Notes: generated by a model from the letters alone, not told the origin. Counted from the first letter of the stretch, positions 29,677-39,275 are shown. The stretch: DNA of 64,000 nt from an uncultured Acidimicrobiia bacterium (GCA_963825765.1 CAWGUU010000018.1:16401-80400); one strand, 5' to 3'. A program made the numbers and translations.

Positions 29677-30633
29677 ATGTCCCGGGGGACAGGAAGGTCG
29701 GTCGAGCTGTTGGCTAGTCGTTGCCGTAGCAAGTGGGTTGGCATCGCCGTGGTGAGCCTGTTGGCCGCCTGTGGCGACGCAGCCATGACCGGGGCCCCGG
29801 TTGACATCCCTCTCAGTTCCACGACGACGACCCCGCCCACGACGACCCCGCCCACGACGACCCCGCCCACGACGACCCCGCCCACGACGACCCCGCCCAC
29901 GACGACCCCGCCCACGACGACCCCGCCCACGACGACCCCGCCCACGACGACCCCGCCCACGACGACCCCGCCCACGACGACCCCGCCCACGACGATGCCA
30001 CCACCCGTTCTCGGGTCAGGTGATGAGGGTCCGTCAGTGCTCGAGCTACAAGAGCGACTCGAGTCCCTCCGGTACTGGATCGGACCGGTCGATGGCGGCT
30101 TCGGTGCCCTCACCGAACAGGCGGTGTACGCCTTCCAGAAGGCGAACGGCATCGGGATCGACGGTCGCGTCGGCCCCGAGACCCGCGCCTCGCTGGCTGA
30201 TCCCGTTCCCCCGAAGTCTCGAAGCGAACAGAGCCACGTGGTTGAGATCGACAAGGAGCGCCAGCTGCTCCTCGCCGTCGCCGACGGGGAGGTTCAGTGG
30301 GTCTTCAACACGTCGACCGGCACGGAGCTGCCCTACGACCATCCGGACGGCTACACCGCGTTGGCCGACACTCCGCCCGGCACCCATACCGTCTTCTACG
30401 AGGTCGACGGCTGGCAGGAGGGTGAGCTGGGGCCCTTGTACCGCCCCAAGTACTTCCACAAGGACGGGATCGCGGTGCATGGCTATGGCGACGTCCCTCC
30501 GTACCCGGCCTCCCATGGTTGCGCTCGCGTCTCGTTCGAGGCGATCGACTACATCTGGGCGCAGGGCCTGATGCCAATGGGCGGGACGGTGCTGGTCTAT
30601 GGCGAATCACCGACGCCGGGACCGGTGGTCTGA
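29677..30633 (+). CDS. L,D-transpeptidase (YkuD) lipoprotein with PG-binding domain and (TTTPP)n linker
   Basis: lipobox SLLAACG; PG_binding_1-like LELQERLESLRYWIGPVDGGFG; catalytic HGYGDVPPYPASHGCARVS. Confidence 0.85.
   Translation: MSRGTGRSVELLASRCRSKWVGIAVVSLLAACGDAAMTGAPVDIPLSSTTTTPPTTTPPTTTPPTTTPPTTTPPTTTPPTTTPPTTTPPTTTPPTTTPPTTTPPTTMPPPVLGSGDEGPSVLELQERLESLRYWIGPVDGGFGALTEQAVYAFQKANGIGIDGRVGPETRASLADPVPPKSRSEQSHVVEIDKERQLLLAVADGEVQWVFNTSTGTELPYDHPDGYTALADTPPGTHTVFYEVDGWQEGELGPLYRPKYFHKDGIAVHGYGDVPPYPASHGCARVSFEAIDYIWAQGLMPMGGTVLVYGESPTPGPVV
29821..29995 (+). repeat. perfect 15-bp tandem repeat (acgacgaccccgccc) x about 11 encoding (TTTPP)n
   Basis: directly visible; no variant copies. 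Confidence 0.9.
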
Positions 30634-30811
30634 GCAGAGAGCGAGTCCCTCGCGCCTCGGATCTCAGCTTCGACCACTGGACGGCCACGAGTCGTGGCGC
30701 CCCTGGGATCCGAGCCTCCAGGGTTGTCATCGCGCCGCCGGCGTCGGGCGCCGACCGACCGCCTCGAGGCGGATGGCGGACTAGGTTTGGGTTGGTGGTC
30801 TACGGCCTCCG

Positions 30812-31339
30812 ATGACCAGCCTTTACCTCTTCGCCGCCGCCGCGGGAATCCCCTTGGTTCTCTGGTTCATGTTTTCGGGAGGCGAGGATGGCGGCGGCGC
30901 GGACAGCGGCCTCGCCGGTGTCATGTTCCGCCGCCTGCCACTGAGCACCTTGGCCATCGTGGCCGCCACGTTCGGAGTGTGCGGCCTTGTGCTCACCGCA
31001 GCAGGAACCGGCGGTGGACGTACCTTGATCTCGGCCGTGCTCGTCGGGCTGGTGGCAGGTCTTCTGAACGGCGCGCTTTTCTCCTATCTCCGCCGGTCGG
31101 AGTCGACCACCGAGGTGGTCGACGAACAGCTCGCGGGCAAGATTGGCCGGGTCGTGGTCCCGGTCGCGGGGGACCGGCGCGGCCGCATCGCGGTGAGCGT
31201 GGGAGGACAGCAGATCCACCTGTCGGCCCACGCCGTTCCTGAGGCGCCGGCCGACCTTGCTGTGGGCTCGGCCGTCCTGGTCGTGGAGGTTCACAACGGC
31301 ATTGCAATCGTCACCGCCCTGGACCCGGAGCTGAGCTGA
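30812..31339 (+). CDS. NfeD-family membrane protein (short form)
   Basis: N-terminal TM helices + C-terminal OB-like beta domain; precedes flotillin gene. Confidence 0.65.
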   Translation: MTSLYLFAAAAGIPLVLWFMFSGGEDGGGADSGLAGVMFRRLPLSTLAIVAATFGVCGLVLTAAGTGGGRTLISAVLVGLVAGLLNGALFSYLRRSESTTEVVDEQLAGKIGRVVVPVAGDRRGRIAVSVGGQQIHLSAHAVPEAPADLAVGSAVLVVEVHNGIAIVTALDPELS

Positions 31340-31370
31340 CGGCAGTCCACCTCAACGAAGGAGCCAACTC

Positions 31371-32630
31371 ATGACCGCCCTCATCCTCGGCGCGGTGCTC
31401 GCCGTCGTCGTCTTGGTGATCCTCACCACGATCCGCAGCCTGATCATCATCTGCCCCCCGAACCGGGTGGCGGTCATCTCCGGCCGCTCCCGCCAGCTGA
31501 GCGACGGTCGTACCGTCGGCTACCGGGCCATTCGCGGCGGACGGACGCTGCGGGTCCCGCTACTGGAACGGGTGTCGTGGATGGAGCTCAACACCATCCC
31601 CATCGAGGTATCGGTCATGAACGCCTACTCGAAGGGCGCCATCCCCTTGCACGTCCAGGGCATCGCCAACGTCAAGGTCTCGAGCGTCGAAGGGTTGCTC
31701 CAGAACTCCGTGGAGCGGTTCCTCGAGGTTCCCCAGAGCGAGATCGCGGCCATCGCCAAGGAGACGCTCGAAGCCAACCTGCGAGGAGTGCTCGCCACCC
31801 TCACTCCCGAGGAGGTCAACGAGGACCGGCTCAAGTTCGCCCAGACCCTCATCGAGGAGGCCGACGACGACATAAAGACTCTCGGTCTGGAGCTCGATGT
31901 CCTCAAGATCCAGAACGTCACCGACGAGGTGGGCTACCTCGACTCCGTGGGTCGTCGTCAGACGGCGGAAGTCCTGAAGGAAGCCCGGGTGGCCGAGGCC
32001 CAGTTCAAGGCCGAGGCCGAGGAGTCCGAGTCTCTGTCCCGCCAGCGAGCAGAGATCGCCACCGCCCAGGCCGACCTCAAGATCGTCGAGCAGCAGAACG
32101 CCCTCCGGGTCCGCCAGGCCGAGCTGGAGGCCATCGCCGGAGCGGCTGAGGCCGAGGCCAAGGTCGCCGGGGAGAAGGCCAGGGTGATCGCTGAGCAGGC
32201 CTTGGAGGCCGAGCGGGTGAAGCTGGAGACACGCCGGCTGGAGGCGTACGTGATCGCGCCGGCCCGGGCCGACCTCGAGGCCAAGGAACTGGCGGCCAAG
32301 GCCGACGCGGCCAAGATCATCGAGGACGGCAACGCCCAGATCGAGGTCTTCCGTCGACTGGTCGAGCAGTACAAGGCGGCGGGCGCCGACGCCCAGCGCG
32401 TCTTCGTCCTGCGGATGCTCCCCGACATCATCGACAGCATTGTCTCCACGGTGGCTGCAGTCGACATCGACAAGGTTTCCATCATTGACAGTGGGGGCCA
32501 GGGCACGGGGATCCCGGGCTTCATGGGCCAACTGCCGGCGGCGGTGATCGGGTTCGTCGAGCAGCTCGAGAACGCCACCGGCGTGGATCTGCTGAAGGCA
32601 TTGCGGCCGGAAGGCTCCCCTGCGCAGTAG
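31371..32630 (+). CDS. flotillin-like SPFH/band-7 protein
   Basis: N-terminal TM, SPFH domain, long Ala/Glu-rich coiled-coil repeats. Confidence 0.85.
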   Translation: MTALILGAVLAVVVLVILTTIRSLIIICPPNRVAVISGRSRQLSDGRTVGYRAIRGGRTLRVPLLERVSWMELNTIPIEVSVMNAYSKGAIPLHVQGIANVKVSSVEGLLQNSVERFLEVPQSEIAAIAKETLEANLRGVLATLTPEEVNEDRLKFAQTLIEEADDDIKTLGLELDVLKIQNVTDEVGYLDSVGRRQTAEVLKEARVAEAQFKAEAEESESLSRQRAEIATAQADLKIVEQQNALRVRQAELEAIAGAAEAEAKVAGEKARVIAEQALEAERVKLETRRLEAYVIAPARADLEAKELAAKADAAKIIEDGNAQIEVFRRLVEQYKAAGADAQRVFVLRMLPDIIDSIVSTVAAVDIDKVSIIDSGGQGTGIPGFMGQLPAAVIGFVEQLENATGVDLLKALRPEGSPAQ

Positions 32631-32640
32631 CAGCGGCCGT

Positions 32641-33720
32641 ATGAATACGTCGACCGGCGACACCGGCAACGGTCGCTGGATCGCGGCAGGCACGACGATC
32701 GTGGCCGCGACCATCGACCTCATCTACGGCGTGGAGGCGTCGCTGATCGTGCCCCTGGTCTTCGGACCATTCGTCGCGTCCGCACTGGCTTCGGTCCGAG
32801 ATACCGCGACCGTGGCCGTGGTGGCGACGTTGTTCGGCGTCCTCCTGGGCTGGACGGACCAGACCATCGGCACCTCCCCCCACGCCGTCCGCGTCGCTTC
32901 GGTGGCGATCGGGGGGACGCTCGCCGTCTGGCTCGCATCCACGCGCACCGCTCGCGAGCAGAAGCTGCAGGCCATGACCCGTGTGGCTCACGTGGCCCAA
33001 CAGGCGATCCTCCGCCCCCTCCCCGACGAGATCCGGTGCATCCGGCTCGCAGCCCGGTACGTGTCTGCATCGGCAGAGGCGCAGATAGGCGGCGACTTCT
33101 ACGAGGCGCTGGACACGCCGTGGGGCGTCCGGATCGTCGTCGGCGATGTCCGCGGGAAGGGACTCGACGCAGTGCGCCTGGCGGCGGTGCTCCTGGGCGA
33201 GTTCCGCAGTCGCGCCTTCTCGGAGCCGGACCTGACCGCGGTCGTCAAGGCCGTCGATGACGCGGGCGGTCGTGCGGTCGACCAGGCCGGCGAGGACTTT
33301 GCGACCGCGGTGTTCGTTCAACTCGACGGAGCACAGGCCACGATCGTCCGTTGCGGGCAGCCGCTCCCCTTTCTGGCGCAGAGTCAGGAGGTCCATCCGA
33401 TCGAGACCTACACGTCGCTGCCGCTCTGCCTCGGCACGGATGCCGTAGCCGACGAGGTCAGCCTGGGACCGGGGTCACGGATGCTGCTCTACAGCGACGG
33501 TGCGATCGAGGGGCGCGACGAGAGAGGCGACTACTTCGACCTTCAGTCGAGCTACCAGCGACATGTGGGCACCCCCGAACCCGGAACGGTGCTCGAGCTG
33601 ATCCTCGACGACCTGGACCGCCACTGCGACGGGGGGATCACCGACGACGTCGTTCTGGTGATCGCCGAGCAGCCTGGCTGGGCAAGGAGCTCGACTGGGT
33701 GTTCATGGCCGCCCTGCTGA
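32641..33720 (+). CDS. membrane-anchored PP2C-type Ser/Thr phosphatase (SpoIIE/RsbU-like)
   Basis: N-terminal TM segments; GGDFYEALD, VGDVRGKGLDA, LLYSDGAIEG, DDVVLVIAE metal-binding motifs; tail reads into secF remnant. Confidence 0.8.
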   Translation: MNTSTGDTGNGRWIAAGTTIVAATIDLIYGVEASLIVPLVFGPFVASALASVRDTATVAVVATLFGVLLGWTDQTIGTSPHAVRVASVAIGGTLAVWLASTRTAREQKLQAMTRVAHVAQQAILRPLPDEIRCIRLAARYVSASAEAQIGGDFYEALDTPWGVRIVVGDVRGKGLDAVRLAAVLLGEFRSRAFSEPDLTAVVKAVDDAGGRAVDQAGEDFATAVFVQLDGAQATIVRCGQPLPFLAQSQEVHPIETYTSLPLCLGTDAVADEVSLGPGSRMLLYSDGAIEGRDERGDYFDLQSSYQRHVGTPEPGTVLELILDDLDRHCDGGITDDVVLVIAEQPGWARSSTGCSWPPC

Positions 33721-34259
33721 CCGTCATCGGCTACTCGATCAACGACTCGGTGGTCGTGTTCGACCGTATCCGGGAACTGCGCCGGGACCGGCAGCGGGAG
33801 CCGCTGCGGGAGGTGGCCAACGACGCCTGCCTGCAGACGGTTCCCCGCACCATCAACACCGGCCTCGGAGCCCTGTTCATCCTGGTCGCCCTCTACCTGC
33901 TCGGGGGCGAGACGCTCCGAGACTTCGCCCTGGCGCTACTCATCGGCATCGTCGTGGGGACGTACTCCTCGGTGTTCACGGCCACGCCCCTCGCCCTGCG
34001 CTTCGAGGCCCTCGCCAACAGGTCGGATACCCCCTCGTCGCCACTTCGCCCGCAGCCGGCCAACGGGGTGCTCGCTCCCAAAGCGCCCACCAGGACCCCC
34101 ACGGCGACTGTGGCGCCCGGCCCATCCGCCACCTCTCAATCGAATGCGGCCGAGGCGAAGCAGTTGCCGGCGCCCCCGGCGCGACCGAAGCGACCGACGC
34201 ATGCGACCACCCAGCCTCGGCCCCGCAAGAAGCGCCGAAAGCAATCCAGGAGGAGATGA
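33681..34259 (+). pseudogene. secF: secF 3' fragment (C-terminal about 150 codons plus Pro/Lys-rich tail); N-terminus and secD absent
   Basis: WVFMAALLTVIGYSINDSVVVFDRIRE...TVPRTINTGLGALFILVALYLLGG...IGIVVGTYSSVFTATPLAL matches SecF TM4-6; no start codon/upstream part. Confidence 0.7.
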
Positions 34260-34328
34260 CGAACGATGGACCATGACATGACGACGAGGGGGCGTCTCTC
34301 TGGCGGGCTGAATCGCGACCAGCGCTGA

Positions 34329-34799
34329 TCAGCCTGGCGTGGCCTGATCGTCGACGCCGGCGTCCCGAGAGAGCGACCTTCTCCGACCGACTGCTGCGGC
34401 CGCGACGATCAGCACGAGCACGGCTGCTGCGATCCGACCGGGGCCGACCTGGTCCAGCCACGTCGAAACTTGGCCCGACCACCGGGTGACTATGGCCACC
34501 GGCCCGGCGTCGGCGTCGTCGTCGGTGGCGAGGCGGATCTCATACACCGCGTACCACGTGACGTAGGCGCCGGCGACGGCCAGGACCAGGCCACCGAGGC
34601 GGGCCGGCACCGGCCCAGCCCCTCGCAGGGCGGCGCCCACGGGGCGGCGGGCGAGGGCGATGGCCACGGCTAGCCCGGTCAGCACCGTGCCCATCCAACC
34701 GCGGCCGCGCTCAGCAGTCGGCGGGAGGAATCCGCGGGTGTCATGGCCTGCCAGCGTCGCACGCAACGGGGCCGCGATGCTGTCGCCCTGCGATGACAC
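34329..34799 (-). pseudogene. ccdA paralog 3' fragment (last TM helices only)
   Basis: LVLAVAGAYVTWYAVYEIRLA...VTRWSGQVSTWLDQVGPG aligns to C-terminus of the intact CcdA at 19303..20343; Cys motifs missing. Confidence 0.55.
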
Positions 34800-34829
34800 C
34801 CGGCCGACCGGCCGGAGCAGCTCTTACGC

Positions 34830-35672
34830 TCAGCGGATGCCAAGGCGGGCGTCGTCGCCCGGTGGGCGCCCCTGGACGAGGCGCAGCAATGCCTCGGCGG
34901 GAATCCGAAGGGGATCGGTCGTGCGGGTGACGAGCAGGTCGGTGTCGAGCACGCCGCCGGTCACGGTGGGGCCGAACGGGCTCCAGAAGGCGCCGTCGGC
35001 GGTGATCGTGAGCTCGGCCGGCAGGTCCCCCGTCTCGACTTCCACGCCGGCTCCCCGGACGCGGGCCCGCCCCCGGCGCACGACCGGGCGGACCACATGG
35101 TCCTCGTCGGCGACACCCAGGGAGCGGTGCAGCTCGCACAGCCGGGCGGCGGCATCGGGGTCGGCGGGGCCCTCGAGGGTCGTCGCCACCCTCACCCGCA
35201 GGCCCATGTCCACCAGGCGGGGAATGGCCTCCACCACCTTGTCGAAGTTGTCGGGGCCCCGGGCCGCGTCGTTGACGTCGGGCCGGTCGCTGTCCAAGGA
35301 CACCTGGATCCGGACGGGCAGGCCGCCCAGTGGGCGCAGGGCGGCCAGCCGGGCCGGGTTGAACAGGGTGCCGTTGGTGAGCACGACGGTGGGCAGCACC
35401 GTCGCCACACTGGCCAGCACGGCCGGCAGCTCGGGGCTCAGGAAGGGCTCGCCGCCGGTGATGCCGACCTCCGTGAAGCCCAGCGCCGCCGCCTGGCGCG
35501 TCAGGTCGACGATGCGGGAGCCGGCCAGGGCCCGCCGGGGGACCCCGGGGGCCGACTCGGTCAGGCAGTAGGTGCAGGCCAGGTTGCAGGAGTACGTCGA
35601 GTAGAACCACACCCGGCCGGGCAGGCGGCCGTCGGCCACCGCGGTGGCGACGTCGTGTCCACTTCCGCTCAC
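34830..35672 (-). CDS. radical SAM protein
   Basis: CNLACTYC (CxxxCxxC) plus GGEP; GTG start after GAGGG; no SPASM/extra Cys cluster. Confidence 0.75.
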   Translation of the reverse strand: MSGSGHDVATAVADGRLPGRVWFYSTYSCNLACTYCLTESAPGVPRRALAGSRIVDLTRQAAALGFTEVGITGGEPFLSPELPAVLASVATVLPTVVLTNGTLFNPARLAALRPLGGLPVRIQVSLDSDRPDVNDAARGPDNFDKVVEAIPRLVDMGLRVRVATTLEGPADPDAAARLCELHRSLGVADEDHVVRPVVRRGRARVRGAGVEVETGDLPAELTITADGAFWSPFGPTVTGGVLDTDLLVTRTTDPLRIPAEALLRLVQGRPPGDDARLGIR

Positions 35673-36247
35673 GACGTGAAGCCCTCGGCCGCCAGGCGGG
35701 CCAGCGTCTCGGACGACGACGGCAGCGACAGCGCCGTGCACAGGCGGTTGAGGAACACGGTGGCCCCGAGGGTGACGACGAGCTCGACGATCTCGTGGTC
35801 CCGGTACTGGGCGGACATGGCGGCGTGGACGTGGTCGGGCAGCGGGCCCCGCCCGGCGGCCAGCGCGTCGACCCAGGCGACGAGGGCGGCGGTGCCGTCG
35901 TCGACGCCGGCCGGGCGCTCACCCGGGGCCGTGCCCCGCAGGGCTGCCACCAGCTCGGGCCCCAGCCCCACGTCGAGGGCGGTGACGGTGCGGGCGTCGA
36001 CGCAGTAGCGGCAGCCGAGCACCGCCGAGGTGCGCAGCACCACCGTCTCCTTGACCGTCGGCGGCAACGAACCCGGCCCGAGGGCGGCGCCGACGAAGGG
36101 GATTGCCACCTCGGCCAGCTCCGGGACCGTGGCCAGCGACTTGACGATCACGCCCGGGTCGCCTCCGGCGAATAGGTGCCGGACGAGCAGGGGGGCCTGG
36201 TCGGCCTCGACCAACGCCACGCGCGGGGCCACGCCCCATACTCCCAC
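35669..36247 (-). CDS. carboxymuconolactone decarboxylase (CMD)/AhpD-like protein
   Basis: CMD-type CRYC motif region; stop overlaps radical SAM start (GTGA). Confidence 0.6.
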   Translation of the reverse strand: MGVWGVAPRVALVEADQAPLLVRHLFAGGDPGVIVKSLATVPELAEVAIPFVGAALGPGSLPPTVKETVVLRTSAVLGCRYCVDARTVTALDVGLGPELVAALRGTAPGERPAGVDDGTAALVAWVDALAAGRGPLPDHVHAAMSAQYRDHEIVELVVTLGATVFLNRLCTALSLPSSSETLARLAAEGFTS

Positions 36248-36348
36248 GCGAGGAGGCCGTGCCCCTCGACGGCGACGCCCTGGGGTGCTAGCACGGCGTC
36301 GTGGCCACCGACACCGCCCGGGCGGAACCGACGCTGCCGCCGGCGCGA

Positions 36349-36861
36349 CGGATGGCCCAGGGCCTGGCCGCCCTGCGCATCTTCACGGGAACCATCCTGT
36401 TCGCCAACGGGCTGGCCAAGCTGCTGGGGATCACGACGATCACCCTCGGCCCCTACCAGGCGAACCTCATCGACCGGGAGGCGACCCGCTTCATCCTGCG
36501 CTTCGAAGGGCTCGAGAACCCGGCCAACGGGGGAGCCGGTACCGAGGTACCCGGCCTCGAACCGGTGGTGCGATTCCTGCTCGACAACTTCGGCACCGTG
36601 GAGTGGCTCATCACTGCCGCCGAGCTCGCCGTCGGCGCCCTTCTGATCGTCGGCCTGGCCAGCCGGGGAGCGGCGATCCTCGCCCTTGGCCAGCACCTCT
36701 TCCTGGCCTTGCTGTACGCCTCATCGAACCGTTGGCTGTTCGAGCAGCCCCACGAGTACCTGCCGCTGCTCATCCTCGCCCTGGTCTCGTCGGGCCGCGT
36801 GTGGGGCCTCGACGGTCGCCTGGCGTGGGCTCGGGCCCGCGCCGGGAGGTTCCCGTTCTGA
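36349..36861 (+). CDS. DoxX-family membrane protein
   Basis: MAQGLAALRIFTGTILFANGLAKLLG DoxX-like; GTG at 36301 possible alternative start. Confidence 0.6.
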   Translation, partial: RMAQGLAALRIFTGTILFANGLAKLLGITTITLGPYQANLIDREATRFILRFEGLENPANGGAGTEVPGLEPVVRFLLDNFGTVEWLITAAELAVGALLIVGLASRGAAILALGQHLFLALLYASSNRWLFEQPHEYLPLLILALVSSGRVWGLDGRLAWARARAGRFPF

Positions 36862-37003
36862 GCGCGGCCGGCCGACGTAGGAGTCACCGGGTCGCCGGCA
36901 GCCGCGACGGGTGGGGCCGGGAGCGAGCCTCAGGGCCCCGACTCCCATGCCGCCAAAACGTACCCTTGACCGTCCTCCATGTAGGAAGGTGCAGCATTGG
37001 CCC

Positions 37004-37294
37004 GTGGAGATCACCGTGCTTTACGTGGAGGGCTGTCCGAACCTGACCCTGGCCCGGGCCAGGGTCGCGGAGGCGATCCGGGTCGCAGGTGTGACTGCGG
37101 TGGTGCGGGAGCGCCTCGTCAGCGACGAGGCAGAAGCCGCAGCCCTCGGCTTCGGAGGGTCCCCGACGATAGTGGTCGGCGGCCGTGACCTCTTTCCGTC
37201 GGCGCCGGCGGGGCTGTCGTGCCGGCGCTACGCCACTGACGCCGGTTACGAGGGAGCGCCCACCGTGGCCCAGCTCGTGAATGCCTTGGCATGA
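37004..37294 (+). CDS. small hypothetical protein (thioredoxin-like?)
   Basis: GTG after AGGAAGG; VEITVLYVEGCPNLTLARARV...; overlaps next gene start. Confidence 0.35.
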   Translation: MEITVLYVEGCPNLTLARARVAEAIRVAGVTAVVRERLVSDEAEAAALGFGGSPTIVVGGRDLFPSAPAGLSCRRYATDAGYEGAPTVAQLVNALA

Positions 37295-38028
37295 GCCCAC
37301 CCGATAGGGGCGGTACGGGTCACAGCGCGCAGGCCGCGCCCGACATGGGGGCGGAGCTGAACCGATTCCACGTGCTGGTGTTGGCCAAGGCCCCGGTCGC
37401 CGGAGCGGTCAAGACGCGCCTGTGCCCGCCGTGCTCGCCGGCCGAGGCGGCGGCGGTGGCTGCGGCCGCCCTGGCCGACACGCTCGACGCGGTGGCCGCG
37501 TGCGGGGCGGGCCGGCGCATCGTTGCCCTGTGGGGTGAGCCCGGCCCGTGGCTGCCCCCGGGCGTGGCGGTCGTGGCTCAGCGTGGTCGCACGCTGGGCG
37601 AGCGACTGGCCTGCGCCTGGGCCGACGCGGACGGGCCCGGTCTCCAGATCGGATCCGACACCCCCCAGGTCACGGCGGGCGACCTCGACGACGCGCTGGC
37701 GCTGCTCGGCGGGGCGCCCGCGGGCGGACGCGAGCGGGCGGTGCTGGGGCCGGCCACTGACGGGGGGTGGTGGGCCATCGGGCTGCCGCAGTGCGACCCC
37801 GGCGCCGTCTTCGCCGGCATACCGATGAGCTCGTCCCGCACCGGGGCCTGCCAGCACCGCCGCCTGCTCGCGCTGGGCTTCGACGTCCGCCTGGCCGCAT
37901 CCCGACGTGACATCGATACGGTGGACGATCTCGTCGCGGTCGCCCACGACGCACCTGGCACACGCACCGCTGCGGTGGCCGAGACCCTCGGCCTGACCGA
38001 TCGAGCGTTCGGCACCGGGCTCCGCTGA
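37291..38028 (+). CDS. DUF2064 (TIGR04282-like) nucleotidyltransferase/glycosyltransferase-like protein
   Basis: FHVLVLAKAPVAGAVKTRLCPP...AAAALADTLDAV matches DUF2064 N-terminus; ATGA overlap. Confidence 0.6.
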   Translation: MSPPDRGGTGHSAQAAPDMGAELNRFHVLVLAKAPVAGAVKTRLCPPCSPAEAAAVAAAALADTLDAVAACGAGRRIVALWGEPGPWLPPGVAVVAQRGRTLGERLACAWADADGPGLQIGSDTPQVTAGDLDDALALLGGAPAGGRERAVLGPATDGGWWAIGLPQCDPGAVFAGIPMSSSRTGACQHRRLLALGFDVRLAASRRDIDTVDDLVAVAHDAPGTRTAAVAETLGLTDRAFGTGLR

Positions 38029-38230
38029 TTGTCGCACCGAGCAGGCGCCGCCCCGACGGGCGTCGAGCAGCGAGCAGAACAGTGGCTCGGAGTCGAAGCG
38101 GGGCACGCACAGCCAGACCACCGCCCCGTCACGGCCCACGAGGGCCGCGGTCGTACCATCGCCGATGAGACCGAGGTCTTCCAGCGCGGGGTAGCCGTGG
38201 TAGTTCAGCGGGGCAGTCGTCACGCCAACC

Positions 38231-38854
38231 CTACGACAAGGGGGCCCGGCCGGAGTTCGGCCGCGGGGACGATATCGTCGAGGGCCTCGACGTTGGCGGG
38301 ATAGGCGCCGGCGGAGGAAAGCGTGCTTTCCCCAACTCGGTCCGGGTGAGGTGGACCTCGTCGCCGTGACAGCCTACGACGCCTTCATCCGGGAGGATCT
38401 CGACCCGTCCGCCGAACTCGATGCGGGCAGGGCCGGTGGCGTGGTCACGGGACCGCCGCAACATGGCACGGATCCTGGCCGCCAGTTCCTTCTCTCGAAC
38501 GGCTTGGCCAGGTAGTCGTTCGCTCCCGCTTCGAGCCCGGCCACGACGTCGTAGGCATCGGTGCGGGCGGTGACCATGATGATGGGAAATGCTGCGGCTC
38601 CGAATGGCCCGGCAGGTGTCGAAGGCGTTGCCGTCCGGCAGCATCATGTCGAGCAGCCCGCAGTCGGCCGGTCGGCGCTCGAACCGGGTGATCGTCTCGC
38701 GGCCACCTGCGGCCTGGTGGACGTCGTAACCCTCGTCCTCGAGGAGGACCGCCGACTGGCTCCGGATGCTCTCGTCGCCCTCGACAAGCAGAATGAGTCC
38801 GGGCATCCCACCATTGTCCCGCATCGAGCTGGGTTGTCCGAAGACGGGCGTCAT
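38231..38854 (-). pseudogene. OmpR-family response regulator remnant with multiple frameshifts
   Basis: receiver pieces (LILLVEGDESIRS..., DYLAKPFE in another frame) and wHTH piece ([12 protein letters not shown]...LTRTELG) spread over at least 2 frames. Confidence 0.5.
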
Positions 38855-38981
38855 GGCACGGCTACCGCCAGGACCCCGGCGTCTCGGTCGACCGTCTCCG
38901 CCCTCAACTCCTTGGCGGTCGCCTCGTCGAGTCCCCTAACCTCGCCGCTTCTTCGGTACTCTACCTGGGTATAGTAAGTAT

Positions 38982-39263
38982 ATGCCTGGATATGCCATGG
39001 ACAAGGACGACCTGCTGAAGCGGCTGCGCCGGGTCGAGGGCCAGGTCCGGGGCCTTCAGCAGATGGTGGAGGAGGGCCGTTATTGCATCGACGTCCTCAC
39101 CCAGATCTCGGCCGCGACCAAGGCCCTACAGAGTGTGGCCATGGGCCTGCTCGACGACCACCTCCGCCACTGCGTGGCCGATGCGGTGGCCACTGGAGGT
39201 CCGGAGGCGGACAAGAAGCTGACCGAGGCCACCGCCGCCGTCGCCCGCCTGATCAGAAGCTAG
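38982..39263 (+). CDS. csoR: CsoR/RcnR-family metal-sensing repressor (copper-sensing CsoR-like)
   Basis: [31 protein letters not shown]...H..C with C-H-C ligands. Confidence 0.85.
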   Translation: MPGYAMDKDDLLKRLRRVEGQVRGLQQMVEEGRYCIDVLTQISAATKALQSVAMGLLDDHLRHCVADAVATGGPEADKKLTEATAAVARLIRS

Positions 39264-39275
39264 GAGGAGGACCGC

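Noticed and set aside
29819-30000. Possible CRISPR-like regular repeats
   Set aside because: Period 15 bp with no spacers, in-frame within a lipoprotein gene encoding (TTTPP)n. The 507-bp repeats at 51-52 kb are coding GAF duplications. No cas genes anywhere.
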